From the NCBI GenBank assembly GCA_964388035.1, contig CAYLZE010000007.1, positions 1 through 64,000 of the forward strand: DNA of 64,000 bases, written 5' to 3'. Source of the DNA: an uncultured archaeon. Lineage in GTDB: Archaea; Asgardarchaeota; Lokiarchaeia; Sigyniarchaeales; SOKP01. A program made the position numbers and the translations under genes. This document shows, piece by piece, positions 30,072 to 40,027 of the stretch; the first letter of the stretch is position 1; every line of letters starts with the position of its first letter. A model generated the notes under the pieces. The model was not told the origin of the DNA. It saw only the letters and a program-made list of their open reading frames with translations, and searched no databases.

Positions 30072-31301
30072 GTGATAAAAACGACAGAAAAAATGAAACG
30101 TATTTCAGATTTAGAGGAAAGAATTCTTTCTTGTATTGCAATAGGGGATTGCCGAGGAGCATTAAAAGGACCTTATAGCAACCCTATTCTAGAAACTACG
30201 TGCCCAATGCGAGATCATGGGCCCGGATTCGAATCATTCTTCGCCCGGGGTAGATTTACGATTGCCAGAGCTTTGCTAGATGAAAAGATAAAACCAAGTG
30301 AAGACCTAGCAAATATAGTATTTCAATGTACTTTATGTGGTTCGTGCAGGGAAGTTTGCAATAATCCTGAAAATAAATGCATGTCTAATCCAGCAAGAGA
30401 TAGCATTGAAGATCATGTGGAAATTTGGGAAAGTTTAAGAGCAGATCTTGTTGATGCGGGAGTAGCACCCATGGCACGTCATAAGGAACTCGTTAACCAT
30501 TTGGAAATTGAACATAATCCTTATTTTGAGAAACATGTTGATCGATTAAACTGGATTCCTAAGAATTTTAAATATTCGTCAAGAGGGGGAGAGGTATTAT
30601 TTTTTATTGGATGCACGTCTGCATTTCGTTTAAATGAAATAAGTATTAATTTTTTGAAAATTGCAAATAAATCAGATATTAATATTACGATATCTCCAGA
30701 AGAATATTGTTGTGGTTCTATTAATTTAAGAACTGGTACAGAAAAGACTTTCAAAAATTTATCCAATCATAATTATCAAATTTTTAAAAAAGTTGAAGTC
30801 GATAAGATTGTCACGACATGTGCCGGATGTTATAGAACACTTAAAAAAGATTATCCTAAATATATCAAAGATTGGGATTTCGAAGTGCTTCACGCCATTG
30901 AAATGATAGATGAGGCAATTCAACAAGGAACGATAAATGTAAAAGAAAAAGTAGATGGAATTATTACTTATCACGATCCTTGCCATTTAGGACGACATTC
31001 AGAAGTCTATGATGCCCCTCGCAATGTCATTGATGCTATTAGGAAAAATGAGTTTGTAGAAATGCGGCGACATAGAAATAATGCATTTTGTTGTGGTGCT
31101 GGAGGAGGAGTTAAATCAGCTTTTCCTGATTTGGCTCTTGAAATTGCTGAAGATCGCGTTAAAGAAGCAGAAGAGACTGGAGCAGATTATTTAACAACAA
31201 CATGTCCTTTCTGCTTAAACAATTTAAGAGATGCAGCTAAAAAGATAAATTCTCCAATAAAGATTGTAGATCTACTAGAATTAGTTGAAAAAGCTATTTA
31301 A
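30072..31301 (+). CDS. Fe-S oxidoreductase with CCG domains (GlcF/HdrD-like)
   Basis: CTLCGSCREVC, YCCG, TCAGC, YHDPCHLGR, CCGAGGG, TCPFC. Confidence 0.92.
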   Translation: MIKTTEKMKRISDLEERILSCIAIGDCRGALKGPYSNPILETTCPMRDHGPGFESFFARGRFTIARALLDEKIKPSEDLANIVFQCTLCGSCREVCNNPENKCMSNPARDSIEDHVEIWESLRADLVDAGVAPMARHKELVNHLEIEHNPYFEKHVDRLNWIPKNFKYSSRGGEVLFFIGCTSAFRLNEISINFLKIANKSDINITISPEEYCCGSINLRTGTEKTFKNLSNHNYQIFKKVEVDKIVTTCAGCYRTLKKDYPKYIKDWDFEVLHAIEMIDEAIQQGTINVKEKVDGIITYHDPCHLGRHSEVYDAPRNVIDAIRKNEFVEMRRHRNNAFCCGAGGGVKSAFPDLALEIAEDRVKEAEETGADYLTTTCPFCLNNLRDAAKKINSPIKIVDLLELVEKAI

Positions 31302-31560
31302 TGTATTATCATCGAATAAACATGATGTATGGAATTATTTAATTAATTTACCAATTAAAATTATAATTTTTATGATTAATCAATAAAACATCTAAGATTT
31401 TATAAAATGAGACGTTTTCATATTTATTCTAATTTTTTTCGATACTACTTCTATCTAAATAAAATTAATGCCATATTGGTTTATTGATTTATAATTAGTG
31501 TATTATTCATTAAAAATGTGTTAAATCTTTCAATGTTAGTTAATACTTCCACGATAAAAC

Positions 31561-32577
31561 TCATTTAGACTTTATATAACCATTTTCATAATACCAATCA
31601 ATTTGTTCTCTAATGGCTAATCTGATATTAGTTTTGGGCATTTTCAATTCAGTCCAAGCTTTAGAACAATCAAATATTCTAAATTGTGCTGCAGCTACAC
31701 TTTCCAAGGGAGTTTTTGGGTCCACGTGTTGTAATTTACAAGAATTAAATTCATCGATGAATGCAAATATTTTTGCTAATACTTTTGGTATGGCTAAAAT
31801 AGGAGCTTTCTTTCTGGCAACATCTGCAATTAAACGCAGGAGGTCTTTAAAGGCTATGTTTTTATTTCCAGCAATATATCTTTCCCCCGGTTTTCCATTT
31901 TCAATCGCAAGCACGTGAGCCATCGCAACATCTTTTACATGTACTACGTTTAACTCAGTATCGACAAATCCAGGCATTTTACCATTCATAAAATCCATTA
32001 CAATCCTTCCCGTCGGGGTTGGTTTGATGTCATAAGGCCCCATAGGGGTAGTAGGTAAGATTGTACATGTCGGTAAACCTTTTTTATTCCATTTTAAGGC
32101 AACCAATTCACCTAAATATTTCGATCTCTTATAATATCCCGATAATTCTCGTTTAGATGCAAACAATTCTTCATTGCCTAATGAACCATCAGAAGGCATC
32201 CCAATTGCACTTTCTGAACTTGTATATATTACTTTTTTAATCTCTTTTTGATGTGCTATTTTCATCAATTTATCGGTTGCCCTAACATTGACATCATAGA
32301 GTGCTTGAATTTTATTAAGATCTGCCCAAAACCAAAGAGGAGAAAAAACATAAATTCCACCATTGTGAATAATAAATTCACATCCTTCCATAGCGTTCTC
32401 TAATGCTTTTTCATTCCTTAAATCCCCATAACATAATTCTATAGGTAAACCATTTATATTACTTAAGTCAGAAGTTTTTCTTACGAGTGCTTTCACATCA
32501 TATTCCAATTTTAAAGCAGCACGTACAATATTAGCCCCTATAAACCCATTCGCACCCGTAATTAATATTTTAGACAT
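31561..32577 (-). CDS. NAD-dependent epimerase/dehydratase (HpnA/dihydroflavonol reductase-like)
   Basis: TGANGFIG, YTSS, YKRSK, GPYDIKPTPTG, VHVKDVA.AH, G..GERYI. Confidence 0.92.
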   Translation of the reverse strand: MSKILITGANGFIGANIVRAALKLEYDVKALVRKTSDLSNINGLPIELCYGDLRNEKALENAMEGCEFIIHNGGIYVFSPLWFWADLNKIQALYDVNVRATDKLMKIAHQKEIKKVIYTSSESAIGMPSDGSLGNEELFASKRELSGYYKRSKYLGELVALKWNKKGLPTCTILPTTPMGPYDIKPTPTGRIVMDFMNGKMPGFVDTELNVVHVKDVAMAHVLAIENGKPGERYIAGNKNIAFKDLLRLIADVARKKAPILAIPKVLAKIFAFIDEFNSCKLQHVDPKTPLESVAAAQFRIFDCSKAWTELKMPKTNIRLAIREQIDWYYENGYIKSK

Positions 32578-32830
32578 ATTAAATATTACACGAATTTTTT
32601 ATTATATAATATTTACGTCGTTTTACTTAAAGAGATTTCTTTATAGAAGGATTTTTGATATTACATTAATTTTAAATCAAGATTTTTCTAATAATTTACG
32701 AAAGTCACGGACATTATTGAACTAAATGTAACACGTAAAAGAAAATATTAGAAGTTATTTTCCCAGACCAGCAGATTGGATAAATAAGAGTATCAGATTA
32801 ATTGAATAAAATACATTTAAAAGTTTTTCG

Positions 32831-33062
32831 TAGTAAATTTTAAAGAATGTCTATCATAATTTTTTTATTGAATAACTTCCGCGAAATATATTTGTTGAAG
32901 ATCTTTTCCAAATAAACTAGCTTCATTTTTTCCTTATAAATTACATGATAATTTCTCTCATGTTGCTTATGAGCTTACATATTTGTCCATTGAGACAAAA
33001 TTTTTAGCGTATTTTTCTAAAATACCTTTGAGTTGTTTAAAGATTGTTTCTAGATCTAGCAT
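32831..33062 (-). pseudogene. N-terminal half of a DUF1801-like gene
   Basis: From ATG 33062: MLDLETIFKQLKGILEKYAKNFVSMDKYVSS*AT*EKLSCNL*GKNEASLFGKDLQQIYFAEVIQ*KNYD, one frame with four stops; resembles the YFAGxIxQKxY motif. Confidence 0.65.
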
Positions 33063-33195
33063 AGAAAAAAAATAAGCTATTTATTTAATCCTTGAACTTT
33101 TAATTCAAAATGAAATTAATATTAAATAAAGCCATGTAATACATAAGCTACAAAAATAAAAAAAATAAAGTTATATGATATTATATTAACATTTC

Positions 33196-34128
33196 TTAGT
33201 TTTCTTCTAAACGAACACCACAATGCATGCAAAATACTACCTTCCTGTCCGTGGGTAAAACATTATTGCAAAAAGGACATATCGATTTATCACTAATATC
33301 AGCTTCAATTACTTTTGGTAAATTTTCTCTCGGTAGACGAAAAGGTAATACATCAATAAAAGTTGATTTCTGTCCACAAGATGGGCAGTAATCCCTTTTC
33401 TTGCCAGTGAAATAATAAATTAACCATATTCCACCAACACAAAAAATAGAAAGCAAAACCATTGCAATGATGGGTCCGGGTTTATATTTCTTTTTAGGTC
33501 GAACAATATTTTTACATCTAGTACAATATTTCAAACCCTTCCAATTTGTAATAAATGGGTAATCTTCCATGTTGGGGGGTTCATGTTCAACCTCAATTTC
33601 TAATCTCTTTTTTGGATCAGCTTTGGCATAGTCAGCAACAGAATGGACTGTAAAGTTTCTAATAATTCTTTCTTTGAGTTTACTATGGACGGGATTATCA
33701 AATAAATATAGGGTTCTTAAATTCTTTAAATTTGATAATACGGGTAAGAACTGTATGTTGTTATTACTAATATCGAGATGCTCTAAGTCGGTTAATCCGG
33801 AATTATTAAGTGTAGAGAGATCTGATATTTGATTATTTTTTAATACTAACCTTTTTAATTTGTTTAATTTATCAAGCCCCTCAATTTTTTTAACATGATT
33901 ATTAGTCAGCGTTAAACTTTCTAAATTCACTAAATCTTCCAATCCAGAAATTTTCTCGATTTCATTATTACTTAAGTTTAATTGTTCTAAGTGATTTAAA
34001 TCGCTAAGTCCTTGAATATCAGTAATATTTTTAATATGTTTTCCTATAATAACCAAATTCCACTTTTTAAGCTCTCTTTTTACACGATATTTCTTAGATC
34101 CAAAAAGAACATATTTTTTATCTGAAAT
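33196..34128 (-). CDS. Leucine-rich repeat protein with LITAF-like membrane zinc domain and C-terminal zinc ribbon
   Basis: SDS22-like LRRs (LxxLxLxNNxIxKIxGL), then CTRC-hydrophobic stretch-CPSC, then CPFC..CMHC. The open frame extends upstream of TTG 34056; ATT 34128 follows a GGTGA box. Confidence 0.85.
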   Translation of the reverse strand: MSDKKYVLFGSKKYRVKRELKKWNLVIIGKHIKNITDIQGLSDLNHLEQLNLSNNEIEKISGLEDLVNLESLTLTNNHVKKIEGLDKLNKLKRLVLKNNQISDLSTLNNSGLTDLEHLDISNNNIQFLPVLSNLKNLRTLYLFDNPVHSKLKERIIRNFTVHSVADYAKADPKKRLEIEVEHEPPNMEDYPFITNWKGLKYCTRCKNIVRPKKKYKPGPIIAMVLLSIFCVGGIWLIYYFTGKKRDYCPSCGQKSTFIDVLPFRLPRENLPKVIEADISDKSICPFCNNVLPTDRKVVFCMHCGVRLEEN

Positions 34129-34384
34129 AAAAATGTCACCTGGAGTATTGTTTTTTCTTAAAAAATGATGATTTAATTGAAAAAAATTTGTCTAATAAAA
34201 TTCTGTACAATGAATTTATAAATATATATTTCACAGATTATATAAAAACATTTTGAAATTATTTAAATAAAACATCCGAATTTTTAAATCTAGTTGATTA
34301 ACTTAAGGAAATTTTATCCTTTAAGACTAATTCAGTTTGCTGTTATTTTTAAAAATAAGATAAGGACTTCGTGAAACAAAGATT

Positions 34385-35038
34385 TCACGAACTATTGACA
34401 CCTTCAATTCCATTTAGGATAATTTTTATTGAATGATCGAAATATTGTTTTTTAGTAATTTTTAGTTGATTCAAGAGCATTTCATACTCAGATGGGACGT
34501 AAGCCGCTGCTTCTATTGAAGCACCAATGAAAAGCGTGGTTTGATAAGGATCTAAATCCGATTTAAGTGTTTTATCTTTAATTCCGGCAGAGATAGCTTT
34601 TTTTGTTAAATTTAATAGGTCAATTGTCAACTTAATATATTCTTGAGCGTTATCAATTTCATTATTAGCAATCATGGCAGCAAATCGAGGCCCTCGTGAT
34701 GCTAGATTAAGACGATAATAATCTGCATTTTGCTGAATGTAGTCATAAAATGCTCTTGCAATGCTTAAAACTTTATCCTTTCCACATTTCTCCTTCTTTA
34801 TGGTTTGTTTAAAAACATCTCTCAGCATGCTCATGCCTTTTATTACCACTGAGAAAAAAAGCGATTGTTTATTCTTATAATATAAATACAGCGTTCCCTT
34901 AGCTAATTCCACATCATTAGCAATATCTTCCATGGATACTTCATCATAAGTATATTTAAAGAATCTTTTCTGGGCTGCTTCGAGAATTTCCATTCTTCGC
35001 TCTAATTTCTCGCGTTCCCTGCGGGTCAATTCGGACAT
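34385..35038 (-). CDS. TetR/AcrR-family transcriptional regulator
   Basis: ILEAA...F, SMEDIA..VELAKGTLYLYYKNK helix-turn-helix. Confidence 0.95.
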   Translation of the reverse strand: MSELTRREREKLERRMEILEAAQKRFFKYTYDEVSMEDIANDVELAKGTLYLYYKNKQSLFFSVVIKGMSMLRDVFKQTIKKEKCGKDKVLSIARAFYDYIQQNADYYRLNLASRGPRFAAMIANNEIDNAQEYIKLTIDLLNLTKKAISAGIKDKTLKSDLDPYQTTLFIGASIEAAAYVPSEYEMLLNQLKITKKQYFDHSIKIILNGIEGVNSS

Positions 35039-35054
35039 TTTGATATATGAAATT

Positions 35055-35933
35055 TCATGTGATTTTCTTTTGATTAATCATATCGTTAACTCGAGCATAA
35101 GGATGGGGATATCTCCCTTTTTCTTCTGTATAAGATTTCATGTAATATTTCGAATATATTTGGATCGCTTCTGAGGGGCAAAAATTGAGACAGGCATAGC
35201 AAAAATAACAATCAACATTAGGTTGCCAGAATGGTCTTTCTTCTACCATGGTAATTCTGCCCGAAGGACACACTTTTTCACAAATTCCACATCCCGTGCA
35301 TTTTGAATTTGAATAAAAGTAATTCTTTTCTCTGGGAGCAAAGTAATGCACAGCAAAAGGAACCATGCGTTCTAATATACCATTTAATAATTTCGAGTTA
35401 GAAAATGTGACTCCATCCATATTATCAGTATAATTTTTCTTTTGCTTAATAATTTCTTCAATAAAGGTTAGTTTTTGTTGAGTTGTTTCCTCAAGGGTTA
35501 ATAATTCATCTTTTGAGGGAATTTCGAATGCTTTTAATTTGGGATCATTCGTATACATAGTTATTATAAAACATGCGTTCAAGTCTTTATTTTGCATTTT
35601 AAGTAATTTTTCAAGTAATTTCTTTCCACGAAATACTGATCCTCCTCTAGTTATTATCGAAAAAATATATTGGGACGACTTGAACGAAAATATTTTTAAA
35701 AAACGCTTAATAGGAATAGGAATGGTCAATCCATGACAAGGAAAGATAAGTCCAATTATTTCTGCTTCTGAAATAAATTTATCGTTTTGAGTTTTTTTAT
35801 CTTGATTATTTGTTAAATACTCCTTAAGAATTGAAGCAATGGGGATGATCTTGGAGTTAGGAAGTTTAAGGGATAATTCCTTTGCGATAAATAAGGAATT
35901 TCCGGTACCAGAAAAATAATATAATTCAATCAT
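35055..35933 (-). CDS. EFR1-family flavodoxin-ferredoxin fusion
   Basis: YFSGTGNS flavodoxin loop; CTGCGICEKVCP and CYFCYACLNFCP; RYPHP. Confidence 0.92.
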   Translation of the reverse strand: MIELYYFSGTGNSLFIAKELSLKLPNSKIIPIASILKEYLTNNQDKKTQNDKFISEAEIIGLIFPCHGLTIPIPIKRFLKIFSFKSSQYIFSIITRGGSVFRGKKLLEKLLKMQNKDLNACFIITMYTNDPKLKAFEIPSKDELLTLEETTQQKLTFIEEIIKQKKNYTDNMDGVTFSNSKLLNGILERMVPFAVHYFAPREKNYFYSNSKCTGCGICEKVCPSGRITMVEERPFWQPNVDCYFCYACLNFCPSEAIQIYSKYYMKSYTEEKGRYPHPYARVNDMINQKKIT

Positions 35934-35962
35934 TTTTAATGCGATAAGAATTTTTTATTTTT

Positions 35963-36028
35963 AATGACCATAATTCATCAAGTGAACCTTGGTCAGTTGA
36001 TGAACGATAGTCATTTTCTATATTTAAA
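35963..36028 (-). promoter_or_regulatory. TATA box plus three phased palindromic operator boxes
   Basis: TGA-N7-TCA at 35965, 35983 and 36001 (18-bp period). Minus-strand TTTAAATA at 36028-36021. Confidence 0.7.
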
Positions 36029-36186
36029 TCTTCCTATTTCACCCTAAGGAAAAATTAGTAGTGAAAAGACCATAATATGAATCCTTTAACCTTTTGATAA
36101 AACATTTAATAATTGGTCCAAAGAAATAGTCAAATAGTTAACTCTATTATGTTAAAATAAGCTAAATACTGAAAATATAATCGCGG

Positions 36187-36708
36187 TTATAATTCCATTT
36201 TTTTCTTAATTTCATTCAACATGTTATCTTTTTCCTTGTTAATATCTTCTAATATTTCCCTAAAAATCTGATTGATATCAATCCCTTTCAATTCACAGGC
36301 TATAAACAGTAAAGATGCAATTTCCCTCGTTAATGTTTTGAAAGATATAATATCAGTTATAGGGATTCGTATGCCTAAAGCTTTCATGTCCTGTTTTTGT
36401 TCAAGATCATATTGCTTAATTGCAATTAAAATATCATTTTTACGACCTTTCCACATTTCAGATATAGCCCTTACCGACAACATGTATCTCTTGGAAGGGC
36501 TTGCAATTCCGTGCACATCTTTCGCAAAATCCAAGGGTTCCGAATTTTGAAGAGTCTTAAGTCCAAAACTCCGGTTAAATTTATCTTGTTTATCTAATTT
36601 ATGTTTCATTTGAGAAATTTCACTGGTCATTTGTTCCATTTTTAACGACAATCTCTCAAAATTCTCAAGAAACAATTCTTTACTCAATTGATCTTCAGAT
36701 TCATTCAT
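36187..36708 (-). CDS. Hypothetical protein (N-terminal coiled coil, possible PC4-like domain)
   Basis: 173-aa ORF; heptad-rich N-terminus followed by beta strands and a helix. Confidence 0.7.
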   Translation of the reverse strand: MNESEDQLSKELFLENFERLSLKMEQMTSEISQMKHKLDKQDKFNRSFGLKTLQNSEPLDFAKDVHGIASPSKRYMLSVRAISEMWKGRKNDILIAIKQYDLEQKQDMKALGIRIPITDIISFKTLTREIASLLFIACELKGIDINQIFREILEDINKEKDNMLNEIKKKMEL

Positions 36709-36984
36709 TCTTTATTAGATTTCAGTTATAATTTATACATCTATTGAATTGTTAATTTAAATAAATTATTATTAAATCAATAATCTCAGAAGATTTTTTG
36801 ATTTATTATCAACAAGATAGGAACCAAAAAATCAGCTAAATACATGTATAAAATAAATAATAATGGAATGACATAGCGATATATATTTTCTGAGAAGAAG
36901 ATCTCAAAGTTAAGTCTTTATAATTTAAATAGTTTTTTTTGCAGATCATTTTTTAATGTCATTAAATTATAAAAAGCATACAAC

Positions 36985-38415
36985 ATGGCAGAATCTGAAA
37001 AAAGCAGTCCTATCTCCAAATCTAAAGAAAAGCAAGGAGTTAAATCCAGAGTTTGGCCCGCTTTTTTATTTCCCATGGGAAATTCTTTCCAAGAACCACA
37101 TCTCTGGCTAGCGATAAACATGATAGTAATTTCACGCATAATATGGCCATCCGATCCCATTCATACCGAACAAATCGCATTATTATTTGGATTATGCTAT
37201 ATTTTTGGTGCTTTTTCTAAATTAACTTCTGGTATTTTAGCGGATAGATATTCCCGTATAAAACTAATAGCTATAACTAGTATTGGGTCGAGCTTTTCTT
37301 TCATGCTATACGGATTCATGCCTGAGGGATTAGCAATGGTGACATTCTATTATATAATAGGAATTTCTCTATTACGTGAAACATTTACGGGAACGGAAAC
37401 TGTTATTCCATCTTTCATAGATGATGCGGTTGATGAGCATAGAAGAACAGAAATATTTGGTTTAACTACTATTCTATATCAATTAATGTCCATCATTTCT
37501 ACTCTAATAGCTTCCTATTTCTTTAGATATGTCTGGAAGCAATACTTTTTGATTGCGGGATTAGGTGGGTTAATTGTTGGCGTTATCATTTTAATAAAAG
37601 GAGTCGAACCAAAACGTGCTTCTAAAAGAAATGAGTTGTCCCATCTTTTACATTCAAAGGAAATTGAATATAAATATAATTTAACTAAGGAAACCTTTAA
37701 ATCTACTATTTTCTCAAAAACTAATCTCATTATAATTGGTGAAGGTTTTTTTACCCAAATTATATTAGTTGTCCCCTATGTTTTTCTTATAGGATATCTC
37801 GAATCCCCTCCATATAATTTTTCCCCCGTTATTTTTGCTTATTTGGGAATACTCTTTGGTGGACCAGGAATGATCCTCGGCAATATTATTTTTTCAAAAA
37901 AAATTGATAAAGCGGCTCAAAAAAACATTAAAAATCGGATTTATTTCATATTTACATTTCTAATTATCTCCTTTATTGCTTGGGGGTTAATGTTATTCAT
38001 TCCTTATAAAGAAATGAGTGTATTGGAAGGAGATAATTTTATAATTTTTATATCGTATCCCGCACACATCCTCGCAGGAATTATATATGCTTTAGGATTC
38101 TTGTCAATAGGAATTTTTGCAATTACACAACGTCCCTTAATCCAAAAACTTAATCTCCCAGAAGCACAAGGATCTATTAGTTCAATAAATAGTTTTTTTG
38201 AGATTTTCTCAATAGGATTAGGGGCTATCATAGCGGGGTTTATTTTAAGTTTATTTAATACCAATTATCAATTGACTGTATTGGTGTTAGTGATTATTGG
38301 ACTGATTGGAGCATTAATTTGGCTTTTCGCTTTAAAAACAATTGAAACGGATGTTAACCGAATCTCTGATATATTAAAACAAAGGTCAGAAGATATGAAT
38401 ACTATTAATGGGTAA
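36985..38415 (+). CDS. MFS transporter
   Basis: About 12 TM helices; motif A SGILADRYSR. Confidence 0.9.
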   Translation: MAESEKSSPISKSKEKQGVKSRVWPAFLFPMGNSFQEPHLWLAINMIVISRIIWPSDPIHTEQIALLFGLCYIFGAFSKLTSGILADRYSRIKLIAITSIGSSFSFMLYGFMPEGLAMVTFYYIIGISLLRETFTGTETVIPSFIDDAVDEHRRTEIFGLTTILYQLMSIISTLIASYFFRYVWKQYFLIAGLGGLIVGVIILIKGVEPKRASKRNELSHLLHSKEIEYKYNLTKETFKSTIFSKTNLIIIGEGFFTQIILVVPYVFLIGYLESPPYNFSPVIFAYLGILFGGPGMILGNIIFSKKIDKAAQKNIKNRIYFIFTFLIISFIAWGLMLFIPYKEMSVLEGDNFIIFISYPAHILAGIIYALGFLSIGIFAITQRPLIQKLNLPEAQGSISSINSFFEIFSIGLGAIIAGFILSLFNTNYQLTVLVLVIIGLIGALIWLFALKTIETDVNRISDILKQRSEDMNTING

Positions 38416-38534
38416 AAAATCTCAATAAATTATCTTTTTAATTTTTTTAAAAATAAAAATTACTAAACAATTCCCTCGGAATTCTTTAGTTTAATTTATT
38501 AAAATAATAGTAGTAATTGATATAAAACTTATAA

Positions 38535-39941
38535 TTAGATTTCATTATTATTATTTTCTTCGTTAGAATCGTCGAATTTATTATTAGAATCCATTTTTTT
38601 GCTAACATCATCTTGCTTCCCTTCCTCAGTAGGCTCAACTGATGCATTATCTCTCGAAGAATCGGATTTCAATTCATCTCTTAATTTTGCCATTTCCGCT
38701 TCAAGCTCTTCATCTTTTAATTCGAAAGGAACATTATCATCCTCCATTTCAGCGTCTTGTATTAATCCCTCTAAAGTATCGTATTCGCTTGTTTCTTCTT
38801 CAGATCCTCCTAATCCTCCTAATTCGTCGAATTCTTCTAACTCTTCTGATTTTAATACTTCTTCCAATTGCTTTAATCCGGGACCTTGTTCTTGGACAAT
38901 AAATTTTCTTAATTCATAGCTACCCACAATAACAATAAGTAAAATGAAGAAAATCAGAATTCCCACATTTTTATAAAGAGAGAGATCGGAACCTATCAAT
39001 ATAATAGTATCTAGTTGAAGAATATTCTGAAGAGCAGGAACGGAATTTAAGAGATCGTAATTAAAATTATTGTAAAATTCATAACAAGCTTTTGAAGCGA
39101 TTAAAGTGATCATTGCCGTATCAATTCCAAAAAATCTAGAATTTAACTTTTTTACCAAGAGCTCAGCCTTATCACTTAAAATAGCGCTGACATTATAAAT
39201 TAATAATCCTATATCCAAGATGTATAATCCAATTTGAGCTGTTAATGTGGTAGTTCCCGAACTACTAAGGGACAAAAAGACTTGGATTACCAAGTAAAAG
39301 GTATAAATAGAAATTAACACTAGGAAAAGCCCAGACCAACCCACTAAAATCTTTTTCTTAGCTAATACATAGAGATTATAAACAAAATAACTAATCAAGA
39401 TGATTCCTACGACAAGATATACCAGATTGATGAATATAGGAATTGAAGGAGATAAAAAGATTACATAGATAATAGATCCCGTAGTAAAAATCCCTAATAA
39501 AAGTATAGAAAGAATAAATCCTCCAAATAATTCCAAACCCCTTGTAAATTTATTATACTTCCTATTTTTTAGGGTTTTATCAACTCTATTAGCGGTTAGA
39601 TAACACCAATACAAGGTAAACCACGATTGAAGAAATACATAGACGAGCACTGCAACCAACGCTAAAATGACTAAAAATGCAAAAATTAATATGAGAAAAG
39701 GTAGGGATATGAAAAAAAAAATAATGATCTGATAAGTGGGATACTCTTCGACATTTTTTTTTGAAATAAGGGAGAGAAATAGAAGAAAGACTAAAAAGGC
39801 AAGCATGGGAAGAAAAATGAATACTCCTACAACCGGAAAGAAGCGCATAAATCCAATTCCTCCGATCAACCATACTACTAATACAGAATAACGCCAATTA
39901 TTCTTAGCAAAAAGGTTTCTAATATTCTCTATTGTTCCCAT
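38535..39941 (-). CDS. Multi-pass membrane protein with long acidic C-terminal tail
   Basis: About 340 aa of TM segments followed by about 120 aa rich in E, D, S and N. Confidence 0.8.
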   Translation of the reverse strand: MGTIENIRNLFAKNNWRYSVLVVWLIGGIGFMRFFPVVGVFIFLPMLAFLVFLLFLSLISKKNVEEYPTYQIIIFFFISLPFLILIFAFLVILALVAVLVYVFLQSWFTLYWCYLTANRVDKTLKNRKYNKFTRGLELFGGFILSILLLGIFTTGSIIYVIFLSPSIPIFINLVYLVVGIILISYFVYNLYVLAKKKILVGWSGLFLVLISIYTFYLVIQVFLSLSSSGTTTLTAQIGLYILDIGLLIYNVSAILSDKAELLVKKLNSRFFGIDTAMITLIASKACYEFYNNFNYDLLNSVPALQNILQLDTIILIGSDLSLYKNVGILIFFILLIVIVGSYELRKFIVQEQGPGLKQLEEVLKSEELEEFDELGGLGGSEEETSEYDTLEGLIQDAEMEDDNVPFELKDEELEAEMAKLRDELKSDSSRDNASVEPTEEGKQDDVSKKMDSNNKFDDSNEENNNNEI

Positions 39942-40027
39942 AAATAAAACATCTTAAAAGTCCTATTTAAAATTTATTACTGTTGGAGGAAAGGGGATCC
40001 TTAAAAGTAAATAAAATCGTTTCTTTG

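Noticed and set aside
32860-32975. TAA at Gln/Tyr-equivalent positions, suggesting an alternative genetic code
   Set aside because: Single-base nonsense changes in a truncated remnant; TAA is the commonest stop in the window.
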